Shown here piece after piece: positions 29,584-43,286 of a DNA stretch of 64,000 nt (within the stretch, counting starts at the first letter, position 1; each line of letters begins with the position of its first letter). Made by a program: the position numbers and the translations under genes. Origin of the DNA: the human T2T-CHM13v2.0 reference genome, Homo sapiens. The stretch lies in NCBI RefSeq assembly GCF_009914755.1, contig NC_060929.1. The stretch is one strand, 5' to 3'. The notes under the pieces were generated by a model that had not been told where the DNA came from, did not search any database, and saw only the letters and a program-made list of their open reading frames with translations.

Positions 29584-29889
29584 GGCTGGGTGCGGTGGCT
29601 CACGCCTATAATCCCAGCACTTTGGGAGGCCGAGGCATGTGGATCACCTGAGGTCAGGGGTTCAAGACCAGCCTGGCCAACATGGTGGAACCCTGTCTCT
29701 ACTAAAAATACAAAAATTAGCCAGGTGGGGTGGCAGGCGCCTGGAATCCCAGCTACCTGGGAGGCTGAGGCAGGAGAATTGCTGAATCTGGGAGGTGGAG
29801 GTTGCGGTGAGCTGAGATGGTGCCACTGCAATCCAGCCTGGGTGACAGAATGAGACTCCGTTTCAAAAAAAAAAGAAATAAAAAAGAAA
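29584..29889 (+). mobile_element. AluS-type SINE
   Basis: Full dimer; TSD agaaaatg(gtt/atc)gacttt. Confidence 0.95.
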
Positions 29890-31516
29890 AGAAAATGATC
29901 GACTTTATAAGCTTAGTAAATAGAGGCTCAGGGCACAGAACAATTCTCCTTTGCTGATGGATCCAGTGCCTGGGAGCCAGTCCCCCACCAGGCTTGCGTT
30001 CCAGCGTCCTCAGCTATGCGTCCCTCCGGAGGCTGAGTCAGGACTGGGAAGTCTCTTATTGGCACAAAGGAAGCCATGCTGAGAAGCTCCGCTGGCTGAG
30101 TAATTGTGCTTCCCTCTGCCTCTCTCACCCATGCTGCAAGAGCCTAATGAGCAGCCTGGCTGGAGGACCCCCCTAGAAGCCACCTGCCCTGCTGTCTCAA
30201 GATTAATGGAATCAAGTGAGGCAGCAAAAATGCCATGACAGAACCTTATGCTGCCAATCCTCTCGGTGTTATTTAACTAAAGAAACCGTAAACAAAAACG
30301 AAGAAGAAGAAAACAGCTGGTGGTATAATCCTGCTCTATTCTTCATGAGAAAGAGAAAGGGGAAGAGAGTTCTGATTTTCATATCTGAGAGGTTTCTCTT
30401 GGCTGAAACTTCTAGGGAAGCTTCTACATATGCATAGTTGTAACTCCAACTTTATTGTGAAATGTTAGAGCTGGGATTCAGCTGTAGCCCCTCCCTCTCG
30501 AAGGTGGCCTTTTGTGACCTCCAGAGCTCTACTTCAAACAACTCAATTTCAGGGATTTCATAGCTCTTTATAAACCAAGCAGTGAGTAGTAGCACATTCT
30601 ATTCCTCCTGATTCAAGAGAAGAGAAATCAAGGCACTGAATAAACACAGGCCGTTTGGTGTGGTCAGGGCCTAAAAGTACAGAAGCAGAGTCTGACATTT
30701 GAGTTATATCCATTGGCAAACAATACTCACTATTTCTTGACAAATTTCAGGTTTTGCTCTTGAGAGAGGAACTGTAGTTGGCGACTTTGTTTGTTCAAAG
30801 ACATGGAATCAGGCACTCAAAAGTGCCCTCGATAATGCTGGAGTTTGCAAGAGAGGACACAAAATGGAAAAGTCAAGAATGTTAATGGCTAAGGCAGATG
30901 AACAGGTTATTCACTTTCTTTTTGAACTCTGTGCCTACCCACCTTCTGGGGATTATATTCTCCATCCTGAGAAAGCAAATTGGCCATGCTTTATAGCCCA
31001 AATACTGGCTGGCAGTCTCATTTGAGGAATTTGTTTGTCTTGCTGTCAAGCTTGCGTTCTGAGCTAAATAGGCCAGAAAGGGTGAAGAATACTGTAGAAA
31101 CACAGGCTAAACCCAGGGTGAAATTATTACAATGTAAAATATCCCTTTTAAGAAAGGGGCAAATTCTAAAAATTCTGTTCTGGATTTCTGGAATTACAGA
31201 TCAATGATAAAGGGTGACTGATTCATGATGTGACAAGTTAGCACCCAGCTTCTCCCAATAAATGCCATCCAGACCTTCTTTTTGTGGCGGGGGGTTGGGG
31301 GGGGAAGGCTTTTTCCCCCTTCATACATAATACTTACAATAAAATTATTTAGACATTCAAATACCAGAACTTTTGTGGCTTAATACCAACTGCTTTTTTT
31401 AGTTAATAAAAACTATCATTTACAGAATATTTACTATGTGCCAGGAATTACACTGAATTAGGACTTTACATAAATGATCGAATTGAATCTTCATAATCCT
31501 ATGAAAAAGTAATATC

Positions 31517-31978
31517 TGTCAGGCCTCTGAGCCCAAGCCAAGCCATCGCATCCCTTGTGACTTGCACGTATACATCCAGATGGCCTAAAGTAACTGAAGA
31601 TCCACAAAAGAAGTAAAAACAGCCTTAACTGATGACATCCCACCATTGTGATTTGTTCCTGCCCTACCCTAACTGATCAATGTACTTTGTAATCTCCCCC
31701 ACCCTTAAGAAGGTACTTTGTAATCTCCCCCACCCTTAAGAAGGTTCTTTGTAATTCTCCCCACCCTTGAGAATGTACTTTGTGAGATCCACCCCTGTCC
31801 ACAAAACATTGCTCTTAACTTCACCGCCCATCCCAAAACCTGTAAGAACTAATGATAATCCATCTCCCTTCGCTGACTCTCTTTTCGGACTCAGCCCACC
31901 TGCACCCAGGTGAAATAAACAGCTTTATTGCTCACACAAAGCCTGTTTGGTGGTCTCCTCACATGGACGCGCATGAAA
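31517..31978 (+). mobile_element. HERV-H solo LTR (LTR7B/type II-like), inserted into a minus-strand MIR (~31410-32110)
   Basis: tgtcaggcctctgagcccaagc...ggacgcgcatgaaa termini; AATAAA; 31-bp type II repeats; TSD atatc/ctatc. Confidence 0.95.
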
Positions 31979-33646
31979 CTATCCCTGTTTTACAGATGAA
32001 AAAACCGAAGCACGAAGAGGATTAGTAATGTGGCTAAAATGGTGCAGCCAAAGTGTGGCAGAGCTAGGACCCAAACCTAGGGATCTGAGCCAAAGGCTCA
32101 GGTTTTGACCTCTTAGCGCCTTAAGGCTCACTGATTGAAGTGTGAACTCTGCAGTGAGTTTCTGTTATTCCATACCTCACTCTGTCTCTGGGCTCCAACT
32201 CTACTTCTTTTATTCAGAATTTTAGGTTCTTTATTTAGGAGCCTGTAGAGTTCAGGCAACTTGAATCTGAGCATGTCTTCCTTGCAGTGAGAATTCCCCA
32301 GTTCCCACATACCAGGAGCACAAACCTGACTTTGTACTTCCTGTGCCTTCTACACGTCTTTGTTTCCGTTCAGGCCAGCACCAATTAACTGGATTAATTA
32401 AGCATAATACAAACTAGACGAGCTGAAGCTCAAAGTAAATTAATGAAGAGCCTATTCTATCAATCTAGGCAAATATTGGAAAAGTACTTATGGGCCTTGT
32501 TCTCTCAAATGAGGACTGAGGTCTGGGTGCTAAACAAAGCTCAGGTCCCATAAAATCCCTAGGTGTAACTTTTCCCATTAGTATTCTCACTGATTTAGAA
32601 TGGTTGTTATTCCAGCCTCACCCCCACCTCTTCTCTCCAGCCCTTAGCAATTTACTTTCCTTTTTAAAGATTTTCTTTTTAACAATCTCCACACTGGCTT
32701 TTACCACCAAATGAAAGGAAACTTTTTTCTTGGAACTTTGTTGCTTTTTCAAAATATAGCCCTGAAAGTCTGATACTCGAATCTTATGTTTCTAGTATAT
32801 TAACTAGATCCTTCCTATGCCATAATTGTGGCCAGGTGCCTGGATTGGGAAGAGGACTGAGAAAGGCACTTACCTATAAGGTTAAGATTACAGGCCCATC
32901 AACAGGGTAGTGGCTAAACAAACTGTAGTTTTATATGATAAATATAATAGCATAGTTAAAAATGAGACATAAAGTAAGTTCTAACATGGTGCAGCAAAAA
33001 TACACAGTGTATTTTTTTACTTCATTTATGTAAGGGGCAATCACCAAGCAATACCATATATATATCTTTTCCCTGTGGGTACACACACATGGGTGTACGT
33101 GAATATAACAACATTTGAAAGATGCATTCAAATCCATACCGATACCCCCAGGAGGAAGAGAACATGAAGCTACTAAGAATGTGCAAGAATAAGCAAAACA
33201 GAATTTAAGCCTTATACATGTTGTTTTAATGTGAAAAGGAAAATGTATTCATGTATTTCTTATATCATTAAAAAAATAATTTTAAAAAAGGTAAAATAAC
33301 TTCAGCTTTAGAGAAGGTCACTGCAGCCCCCAAATAGGATACTTCTACTTATTTCTTGGTACATCATAAAATCCCTTACAGCCTTTATATAATTAAAATC
33401 AGAATCCAAATGTAAGTGTCTCTAGACTACGTGACAAGGAGAGCTCACCTCCTGGTAGAATGTAAATGAGTGACAGTGTTTCCTTGAGATGAAGTTTTGT
33501 TTGGGAGATGTTAGGGCTGCAGGCTCAGAGCTGAGGAAGCCTCAGTTTTGCTGGGGATGTGATACTCTTAGCTAGTTTTGTAAGTTCACCTGGGGATTGC
33601 CCTAGTTAAGGGCTCAATCTCTGAGGGGAATTTTTTTTAGTTTTAG

Positions 33647-33944
<298 letters not shown>

Positions 33945-34174
33945 CAGTTTTAAATTTTTTTTTTGGCTGGCATCTACATCCAGCACCCTGTCCACACAGC
34001 TTACCTCTGTGGTAAGTTTTTAGAGTACAGACAGTTCAGACACTTCTTGGGAAGCCAAAGCAAAACAAAACATCAAGCCAAGAAACAACCCCACTGCAGC
34101 GGTGAGAATATGTCTCATTATTGACTTTAACAATTTGTGAATTCTTAGGACCAAGAACATAAGTCATTGCAGTT

Positions 34175-34530
34175 GAAAATCGAAACCTGCTGTGGCTTGC
34201 ATTTAGCACCCAGGCTGCCAAAGGACCAGGCCTGTGGGGATTCCCTGTGAAAATGATGTGGCCTGAAGCACGTAGCTCCCCGTGCTCCCTGCTCCGTGTG
34301 CTTAAGTGCCTCTGGGCTGGGCTGGCCTGCCGTGGCCATACCACCTGTAGGGGATTTTCTTACGAAATCTAAGCTGTGGGAAATGGGAAATTGCGTAAAA
34401 ATCTGGGTTGGGTGATTTAAAAAAAAAGCAGGGGCTGGGCATAGGCAGTAATATAAGGCAAGATGGCTAAGGAAGAAGGTGGGCAGCGGAGCCGGTGAAG
34501 GAAGCCGCAGGCGCGGATGGAGGCGAAGAG
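34175..34530 (+). promoter_or_regulatory. Candidate promoter/enhancer with NF-kB, C/EBP, IRF-like and TATA-like motifs
   Basis: GAAAATCGAAAC 34175; GGGGATTCCC 34236; GGGGATTTTC 34350; TTGCGTAA 34391; TAATATAAG 34449; 6 CpGs in 34487-34525. Confidence 0.4.
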
Positions 34531-34564
34531 ATCAGGAGCAGTAAAGGAACACTCTCTTCCCCAG

Positions 34565-34831
34565 TCAGCTGGGATACGGATTTTGTAAGGCCTAGGGACT
34601 TTGTCTTTGGAGGTCCTGTCTCCATAAGGTAACATTAAAAATGAAAGTTTACGAGTGTGCTGCTATAAAGACAAACTTATGATGTTCTATATTAAAATAC
34701 ACCTAAGAATTCTTTTTTATTTTCTGCTAATCTTAAAGAAATTAGAAGATTTTTGTGGAGCTCCCCTTTTCTGCAAAGGATCGTGGGTCCTAGGCACTAT
34801 CGTACTGCATCTAATGGAGAAGTCACCCTTG
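34565..34831 (-). mobile_element. ORSL-like hAT-Tip100 relic
   Basis: atcgtgggtcctaggcact...ctaatggagaagtcacccttg terminus. Confidence 0.6.
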
Positions 34832-35479
34832 TCCCCAAAAGAATGGCATCTTGTTTGTTTCCTCCTATAAATAAATTTATCCCTGATTTCCAAGAACTCA
34901 TAACCTAGATCATCTCTGATTTCACATTTCCTGCTGCTCTTATAGCTGCCCCCTGCTCAGGAAGATAAATAAATAAATAAATAAGACATAGGACAATTTC
35001 TAAATCAGAGTTTAATGGTCTTTGAATCTTAAAGGATTTATCAAGATAAGGTAGGAAATCAACTACCTTTTATGAGTAACTGCTATGTGCTGGTGTCATT
35101 TAATTTACGTAAGTTCCTATGAGTTAGAAATTGTCTCTCTTTTAAAGGGCCTTTCACAAAGGACCTAGGTATGTTGGTAACATGCTTGAAGTCATTCAAC
35201 CAGAGAGGGTTAGAGCTGAGTCTGGAGCTCAGCCTGTCTGTCACCTCTGCTACACTTGCTGCTCCCTTTGCTTAGAACATTCTCCCCTGTTCCCCCCCTC
35301 CCCACCCCGCACCCCTACTTCCTTGTTATGACTGTGGCTGACATAAATAAATAAGACACAGGTCCATTTTAAAATCAGAGTTTAATGGCGTTTGAATTTC
35401 GAAGTGTTTATCAAGATAAGATAGAAAATCAGGGCTTTCCTTCAAGGCTGTTTGTGGCAAGCACCCTCAGATGGCAACC

Positions 35480-35727
35480 ACTAGGTCATTCTCCATCATA
35501 TCACACCACAGTGGTGCCCAACATTGCCTTTACAGCCATCTGGCATTCCTTGTTTATTTCTCTCTTATCTATGTGTTTATACTGTGTTTCAGTTTGTCTG
35601 TTTCTCCCCATTTCTAACCCCAGACTCAAGTGTATGGACCCCATGACAGCAAGGGTCTTTCCTTCCTGCTTTACTGCATGCCTGGCACACAGCCCGTGTT
35701 CAATAAGCATTTGTTGACTGAATGACT
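35480..35727 (+). mobile_element. L2 3' end fragment
   Basis: tgcctggcacacag...tcaataagcatttgttgactgaatga. Confidence 0.75.
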
Positions 35728-35750
35728 CAGAATCCAAAGCCTGTATGCAC

Positions 35751-36298
35751 TGTAGGGGAAGAAAAATATATTTTTCTCATCCATCACTAGGTTCTTGGAT
35801 GAGGCCCCTGTAACAAAAGATAAATTAATGAGTGGAAAACATATACACACTTAGTTATTGGAAGTTTAACATGACACAGGAGTCTTTAAAGGAAATGAAG
35901 GCCTGAAGAAATGAGAAAGCTGGTGTATTTTTATGGTAGATTTTTGATGAAGAAGTGGATAGTTATGAAGAAGTATGATTGGGTAAAAAAAAAGTATGAT
36001 TTAATGGTAATAAACTGTGTGTGGGAGGGTACTTAGCATGGACTGTTTGTTCAGATTCTTCTCTGTGACCCTTTTTCTTCAGAAATAAGGATGTTCTTTC
36101 CTACCAGTATTGGGAGGGCACAGTTCACATGAGGGTCTTGTGATCTCCTTCAGAGGAGGGTCAGAAAATTCTTCCTAGGTTTTAGGACCTGCTTTAGGGG
36201 AGAAGAGCAGGAGAAGGCGAGGGTGACCTTCCTGCTTCTGCTGTTTTCTCAAATGCCAAGGTGCCGTACTTTGGGGCAGCTTGTCCTGAACTCCATCA
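35751..36298 (-). mobile_element. MER34/MER39-group ERV1 solo LTR
   Basis: tgtagggga...ccatca termini; 4-bp TSD GCAC. Confidence 0.8.
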
Positions 36299-36933
36299 GC
36301 ACATTAGCACATTATTACCACTGTGCACTGCTTCTCTGGATGGCTTTCTTTCTTTCTTCTTCTTTTTTTTTAATTTAAATTTTCTTTACTTAAAACGCAG
36401 CCAATTTTAAATTGAGATAATGTGACTCAATGAACAGGAAGCACAGGCTCAAAGTTCACAAGCTACATGAATTTGAAGAAATTGCTTAACCTCCTTATGG
36501 TTCGATTTCTTAAAATAAAACAAGGATGACAGAACAATGCCTCCCAGTCTAAATATAAGAGATAATAGAAAAACAAAACGTACCCTTATGGTGTACAAAT
36601 AATAACATTAATCGAGGTTAACACAGCACAGTCAGTGTTGCTGTCATGGAATACTACAGGAGATTGCTCACCACCAGCATTATTACATAAGAAGTATTAC
36701 AGTAAGCAGTGAGCTCAGAGATTGTCTATTACGAGATACTTTTTGGAGAGAGCATTGAAAAGGCAGATAGAAACAATGACTCAGCCAGTATTACTCATCT
36801 CTGAAGCAAAGAGCTGTGGGCTCCCGGTGTTGGGTTTGCATCCAGTGTTGACATCACTAAATGCTGCAGGAGGACTCCTGTGGTCTGAGTCCTGTTCATT
36901 TAGGAGATAAGACTCTCCAAAGAACTGGGTAAT

Positions 36934-37205
36934 TTGCTGCGAGGACAAAAAAACCAAACACCGCATGTTCTCACTCATAGGTGGGAATTGAACAATGAGA
37001 ACACTTGGACAGAGGAGGGGGAACATCACACACCGGGGCCGTTGTGGGGTCGGGGGAGTGGGGAGGGATAGCATTAGGAGATATACCTAATGTAAATGAG
37101 AAGTTAATGGGTGCAGCACACCAACATGGCACATGTATACATATGTAACAAACCTGCACGTTGTGCACATGTACCCTAGAACTTGAAGTATATATAAAAA
37201 AAAAA
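36934..37205 (+). mobile_element. 5'-truncated L1PA (ORF2 end, 3'UTR and poly-A)
   Basis: aaccaaacaccgcatgttctcactcataggtggg...gtaccctagaactt; TSD aagaa(c/t)tgggtaat. Confidence 0.95.
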
Positions 37206-37383
37206 GAATTGGGTAATATGGGGGGCTTCTCTAGTTCTGCTGTATAACTTAACCAAGTCTGATAGCCAGACACCAGAATTTGTACTACAAAATTTTTTTC
37301 GGTGCCAAAAGGATGATATGAGAACAAGAGTCTAGGCTGACACTTCTGTCCACAGGCTTTTTCTTTAAAGTTGGAACTCTTTT

Positions 37384-38083
<700 letters not shown>

Positions 38084-39737
38084 TCACAATAGTAACCAGG
38101 GTCCAAGGCTGGGCATGTTGACGCTGAGTGCCTAATGGATGCTAAATTCTTAGTTGCATAATCAGTTCTCTCCCAAGGTCCAAATCATTATTTTGCAGAG
38201 CACTTTGGAACAAATAGGGGCTAATTCTGCTCCAGGGTAACAGTGGCTGATAAATATTTCAGACTGTCCTTTCATCTTGTTTCATAGGGACTTACATGTG
38301 TAACTCCTTTGCAATCTTACCAGAGTATACTCAGAGCAGGTATTTTCTAATGAAAAAAAATATGCATCTATGTATATCTGGCTCTTCAAAAATAACAGTT
38401 CGTAATTGCTGTCTTCAAAGAAGTCAGTCAACATTAGCCAGACAGTAATGTTCATCTCTGAAAGACTACAGAACATGCTGGGGAGGATGAGTGGCTCCTC
38501 TTCATTGTTAGATTGGACAGCCCTCCTGACAATGGTCTGGTCCTCCTGTGCTTACCTTGGTCATGGCATAGCCCACACTTCTTATTTTATAAGAGAAGGC
38601 TTGTGAAATTGCCTGCATCCGTGGGAATCCCAGTGTTCGTGACTGTATTATCCTTAAGCTTCAGCTTTTTTATTCAGAGTAGTTAGGGCATCAACACACT
38701 TGGGAATCCCTGGTATATATTTTGCATAAGAAGTCTTGTATTTTATTAATTAATTCATCATAAGAAAATGTGCTTTGGTGACTGATTTTTTGGGAGGAAA
38801 TTCAATGTCTCATTAGGGATCATCACTGCAGCTTAATGCAATTATGTATGTCAAACCTAATGACATTTGACATTGTGGCAAGAGAGACTCTCTAAATGGG
38901 ATGCGACTTAAGAAGATGACAAACCTAGGATTGTTTGTTTCATTTTTTTCCCCTCAAACATAAATTCAGGTTGATTAGACTTTGGGGCTTGCTGTATCTC
39001 CTTAGTAGATGACCTAAAATCACAGTTCACTAAGTTCTTTTGTTTAAGGTTATGACTTAATGGTGAAAAAACAAACAAACAAACAAACAAAAAAAACACC
39101 TTGGTCCTAAATCATGTCTTTCTCTATTTAGTTGCCTAACAGATGTAGAAAAGTAATATCTTAAGCAAAATCATGTGGCACATTAAGTTTGACCTAAAAA
39201 TCAGTCCAGTTTCAGGGAACAAGCCGACTTTTATAAACATTTCAAGAAATAGCAAATGACTGGGTTCCACTAAAGGTATACCATTACTTAAAAGTTCCCC
39301 CTTCACTCAAAAGAGACCTTACGAATTATTTCATAATTTCACTGAATATTTGCTAGTCTATCCTTTACATCAATGCCTTTACTTACCTCTTAGCAGATAT
39401 TTAGGCTTCACCTATTTCACTTTTCCTGTGGTTATCACTTAGGTCGAAAGGTTTGCTATGGCTAAAGGCTAACCAAGGACCAGGGTAAAGAAGAATGATG
39501 TCAAAATTCAAGAAGTGTTTGACTGGTGATATGGCAGAGTGACTTTGATTTAAAGCCAGACTGTAATTGATTTGCTTCATGATCTTGGGAAAAAATCATT
39601 TACTCGGAATCTTCAGTATTATCTTATGTCAAGCAACTGTGAATCACACTTTCTCTCTCTGTAGAGTACACAGTGCCCAGTACAAAGCCCTGCATAGAGC
39701 AGGGGTCCAAGTCCTTATGACTATGATACTAAATCTA

Positions 39738-40030
39738 TTTCTTTTTTTTTTTTGAGACAGAGTCTCTGTCATCCAGGCTGAAGTGCTGTGGTGCAATCTT
39801 GGCTCACCGCAACCTCCGCCTCTCAGGTTTAAGTGATTCTCCTGTCTCAGCCTCCTGAGTAGCTGGGACAGCAGGTGCGTGCGACCACGCCTGGCTAATT
39901 TTTTGTATTTTTAGTAGAGACGGGGTTTCAACGTGTTAGCCAGGATGGTCTCCATCTCCTGACCTCGTGATCTGCCCACCTCAGCCTCCCAAGGTGCTGG
40001 GATTACAGGCGTGAGGCACCGCACCTGGCC
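39738..40030 (-). mobile_element. AluSc-like SINE
   Basis: Full dimer; TSD tgatactaa(a/t)tct. Confidence 0.93.
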
Positions 40031-40113
40031 ATTTGATACTAATTCTTAAAATTAAGTATTATTCTGTGCTTCAGGCAATCATTTAGCTTTATTTCTCAGC
40101 ATTAATGAGAGTA

Positions 40114-40402
40114 GGCCAGGAGCGGTGGCTCACTCCTGTAATCCTAGCACTTTGGAAGGGCAAGGCAGGAGGATCACTTGGGCCCAAGAGTTCAAGACCA
40201 GCCTGGGCAACACAGTGAGACCCCATCTCTACAAAAAATTAGCTGGGCATGGTGGCATGTGCCTGTAGTCCCAGCTATAGGTGGCTGAAATGGTAGGATC
40301 ACTTGAGCCCAGGAGGTCAAGGCTGCAGTAAGCCATAATTGCACCACTGCACTCCAGCCCAAGTGACAGAGTGAGACCTTGTCTCAAAAAAACAAAAAAA
40401 AC
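40114..40402 (+). mobile_element. AluJ-like SINE
   Basis: ggatcacttgagcccaggaggtcaaggctgcag J diagnostics. Confidence 0.93.
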
Positions 40403-40684
40403 AGAGTAAACATATTTTCTGAAGTAGATAGATCTAACTTAGGACACTAGGTTGGGAAAAATTTGGGCACTTTTGGTTAACCAAGTGAATTTTAAATATA
40501 ATAAGAAAGACCACACCTTCAGCACTTTTAGAAATGTTGTCGTAAAGCAGTAAAGATTCCTTTGCAAATGAATTAACACGATTTTTCGTGTCCACATGTA
40601 TTTTCATTAATTATGCTTGCTTAAAATAGCGTACATGCATGTAAACTAACATCTTATATTCACCCATTTAAAATTCACTGGGAA

Positions 40685-40983
<299 letters not shown>

Positions 40984-43245
40984 CTAGAGATGTCTGCTGA
41001 ACATGGAGAAACAAAATAAAACAAAACAGGATATGTCTGACTCAGAAGTTTACTTCCCTGAGATGCCAAGAAAGAAACCCACCTACTTGCCACCCTTTCT
41101 AATTTGCATCTCCTTTGTTTCATAGTAGATCAGATTTACCTTAGAAAAAGCCCTTGATGGTAACCAAGCAGAGGCCTTAATGTTCCTGACAAATGTGCTG
41201 TAGCATCAGGTACTCAGTGGCTGTGAATGTTTTTGTGAAACCTGCTGTGCACCAACGTTTTTAGCTCTCCAGGAACCAGTAGCTCCTATGCTGACTGTCT
41301 GCTCTAGCTTAAAGCCAGATTCCCTCTTCAGGTACAGAGGGGCTGCAGAACATGGCTTTGCTGAAGACACACCTTGGACCTGGAGGTTTATCTCTGAAGG
41401 GCTGGATTCTCTTATTGCGTTCTTCAAAAAAAGAGGAAAGCTCTTTTGCTTATAAGATACTATTATTTTAACAAAAACGTTAGGGTTTGCCTAGACTGAA
41501 GACCTCTGTGAAAACCTAGCTTTTAAGAAAATACCATAAAACATTTTTTAATGCCACTTTAGCGTGAGAGGGTCCTCTTCAATGTGTGTGGCCAAACTGA
41601 GCCCGAAGTACTTTTCCTCCTAGCTCTAAAATGGGGCATATGGAAGTGATTGTCAGGAGAAGGCAGCTGCTGCAGACACAGGGTGAAGATTTCGCAGCAA
41701 CACCCAAAGCCGGTTCTGGAAGCCGTGGAACAATGTAAGTTCTGTTGTCCAGGAATGCGTTCTCAACACAGCGGTTTCCTGAATGCCCCAAGAGAGTGGG
41801 GCAGTGAGAGGCTGAAGGCCAGACAGCAGGGTTACCTTTCCTGTTCTGTGCAGACAAGATTCATTACTCCCTAGTGATGTTTTAAGTGAATGTATAGCAT
41901 TCATTCATAGACAATGTCTAGTTAGGTAATGTTAGCATGAAGGGTAAATTCTAAATGTGAAGGAATATACACATGACTTTGACTAATCAACATACTATCC
42001 CTGGAAAACATGTTGGAACTGCAAAAACAAAACAAAACAGAAAAATAGAGTGAAGTGATTCAGAGGTTGTGAAACCCTAAATTTTTAATTAAAATTGCAC
42101 AATGCAGTTCTATCGTGAGCACAAACTGGATTGAACGCCTCCTACATCAAAATCATTCTCAAATGTTTGAAGTCTGAATAACTAGTAACAAGATAAAGAT
42201 GGACAACTAGACTCTTTGGATTAAATGACAAAGTTACCAACTCACCCTACTGTTCTTTTTATTTTTTTTACTTTTAGAATGTTTTGGGTACTGGGCAGAC
42301 ATGTCTGAACTCAGATCATCTACTTGGCTATGCTAATGTTTATTTTTCTCTTCCAAATTATCCCTCCAGCTAAAACTGTACTGGGTCCTAGACAGGGGAA
42401 AATGGCTGCTCCCGAGACCTCTCTGGAGAGCTGAATTTGCAGATGGAATCTATTAGTTGCATTTCTAAGCTTGAAAGATCATCTTCCTTTTACCTTGAAG
42501 GTAAAACTTTCCTCTCTAATAACCCAGAGTGATTTTCTTATCTGCAATTTAGATTACTGAGGCCATCTGGGGACATTTGCAAAGACTGCTGTGTTATTTT
42601 GGAAATAGGTGTCTGGCTGTACATCTGAGTACTCCTTCCCCAACTTTATGGACCATATTTTCCAAGTCCAATTTTAAAACATGGAGTGGGTTAACCCCAG
42701 CATAAAGCAGAGACAGACAATCGCTAAAAAGATGCTTTCATTTAGCCACTGATTTTAGTGTGCAATTTAAAATGGAAGGTCTTTAGAAGTATTTTAGGTT
42801 GAAGAATAAAAACAGACACACCAGAGGGAGATTTGCCAACCATATACATACACAGGCGTTAAGCCCCCTATACATAAACCAAATATAAATGGAAAGACAA
42901 TGAGTGAACTGCACATATAAACAGACAAAGCCCCAGTGGATAAGTCATAAAGATCTGACAGCAAGGACCATACGTCTTTAAAACTCTCAGCTTTTCTACT
43001 CAAGTAATGTGTTATTTGTCCCAGGTTTGCAGTTCACTCATTCCACTCAACATCTTCCTTGGCACTGTTCAGTTGTCTGCTGTCTACACGTTTGGGCTCT
43101 TGGCAAATGTAGATGCTCTCAACGAGAACAGCTTCTGAGTGTTATTCAGACTCCTGATGGGCCTCAGATTGTATAAAACCAGGATTTGTAGCTCTTTAGG
43201 GATGTAACTCTGTTTGAAGCAAAATATCTTCTCACTTCTTTCCAG

Positions 43246-43286
43246 TACTTACATGTGGGGAGCTAATCCCAGAGCAGGAAGAGAAG
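43246..43286 (+). other. Candidate 41-nt exon
   Basis: atcttctcacttctttccAG acceptor and AAG|GTAAGC donor. Confidence 0.3.

Noticed and set aside
34460-34530. AAGATGGC... GC-rich start resembling a processed pseudogene 5' end
   Set aside because: The ORF stops after 11 codons, with no poly(A), TSD or recognisable parent; kept only as part of the regulatory candidate.
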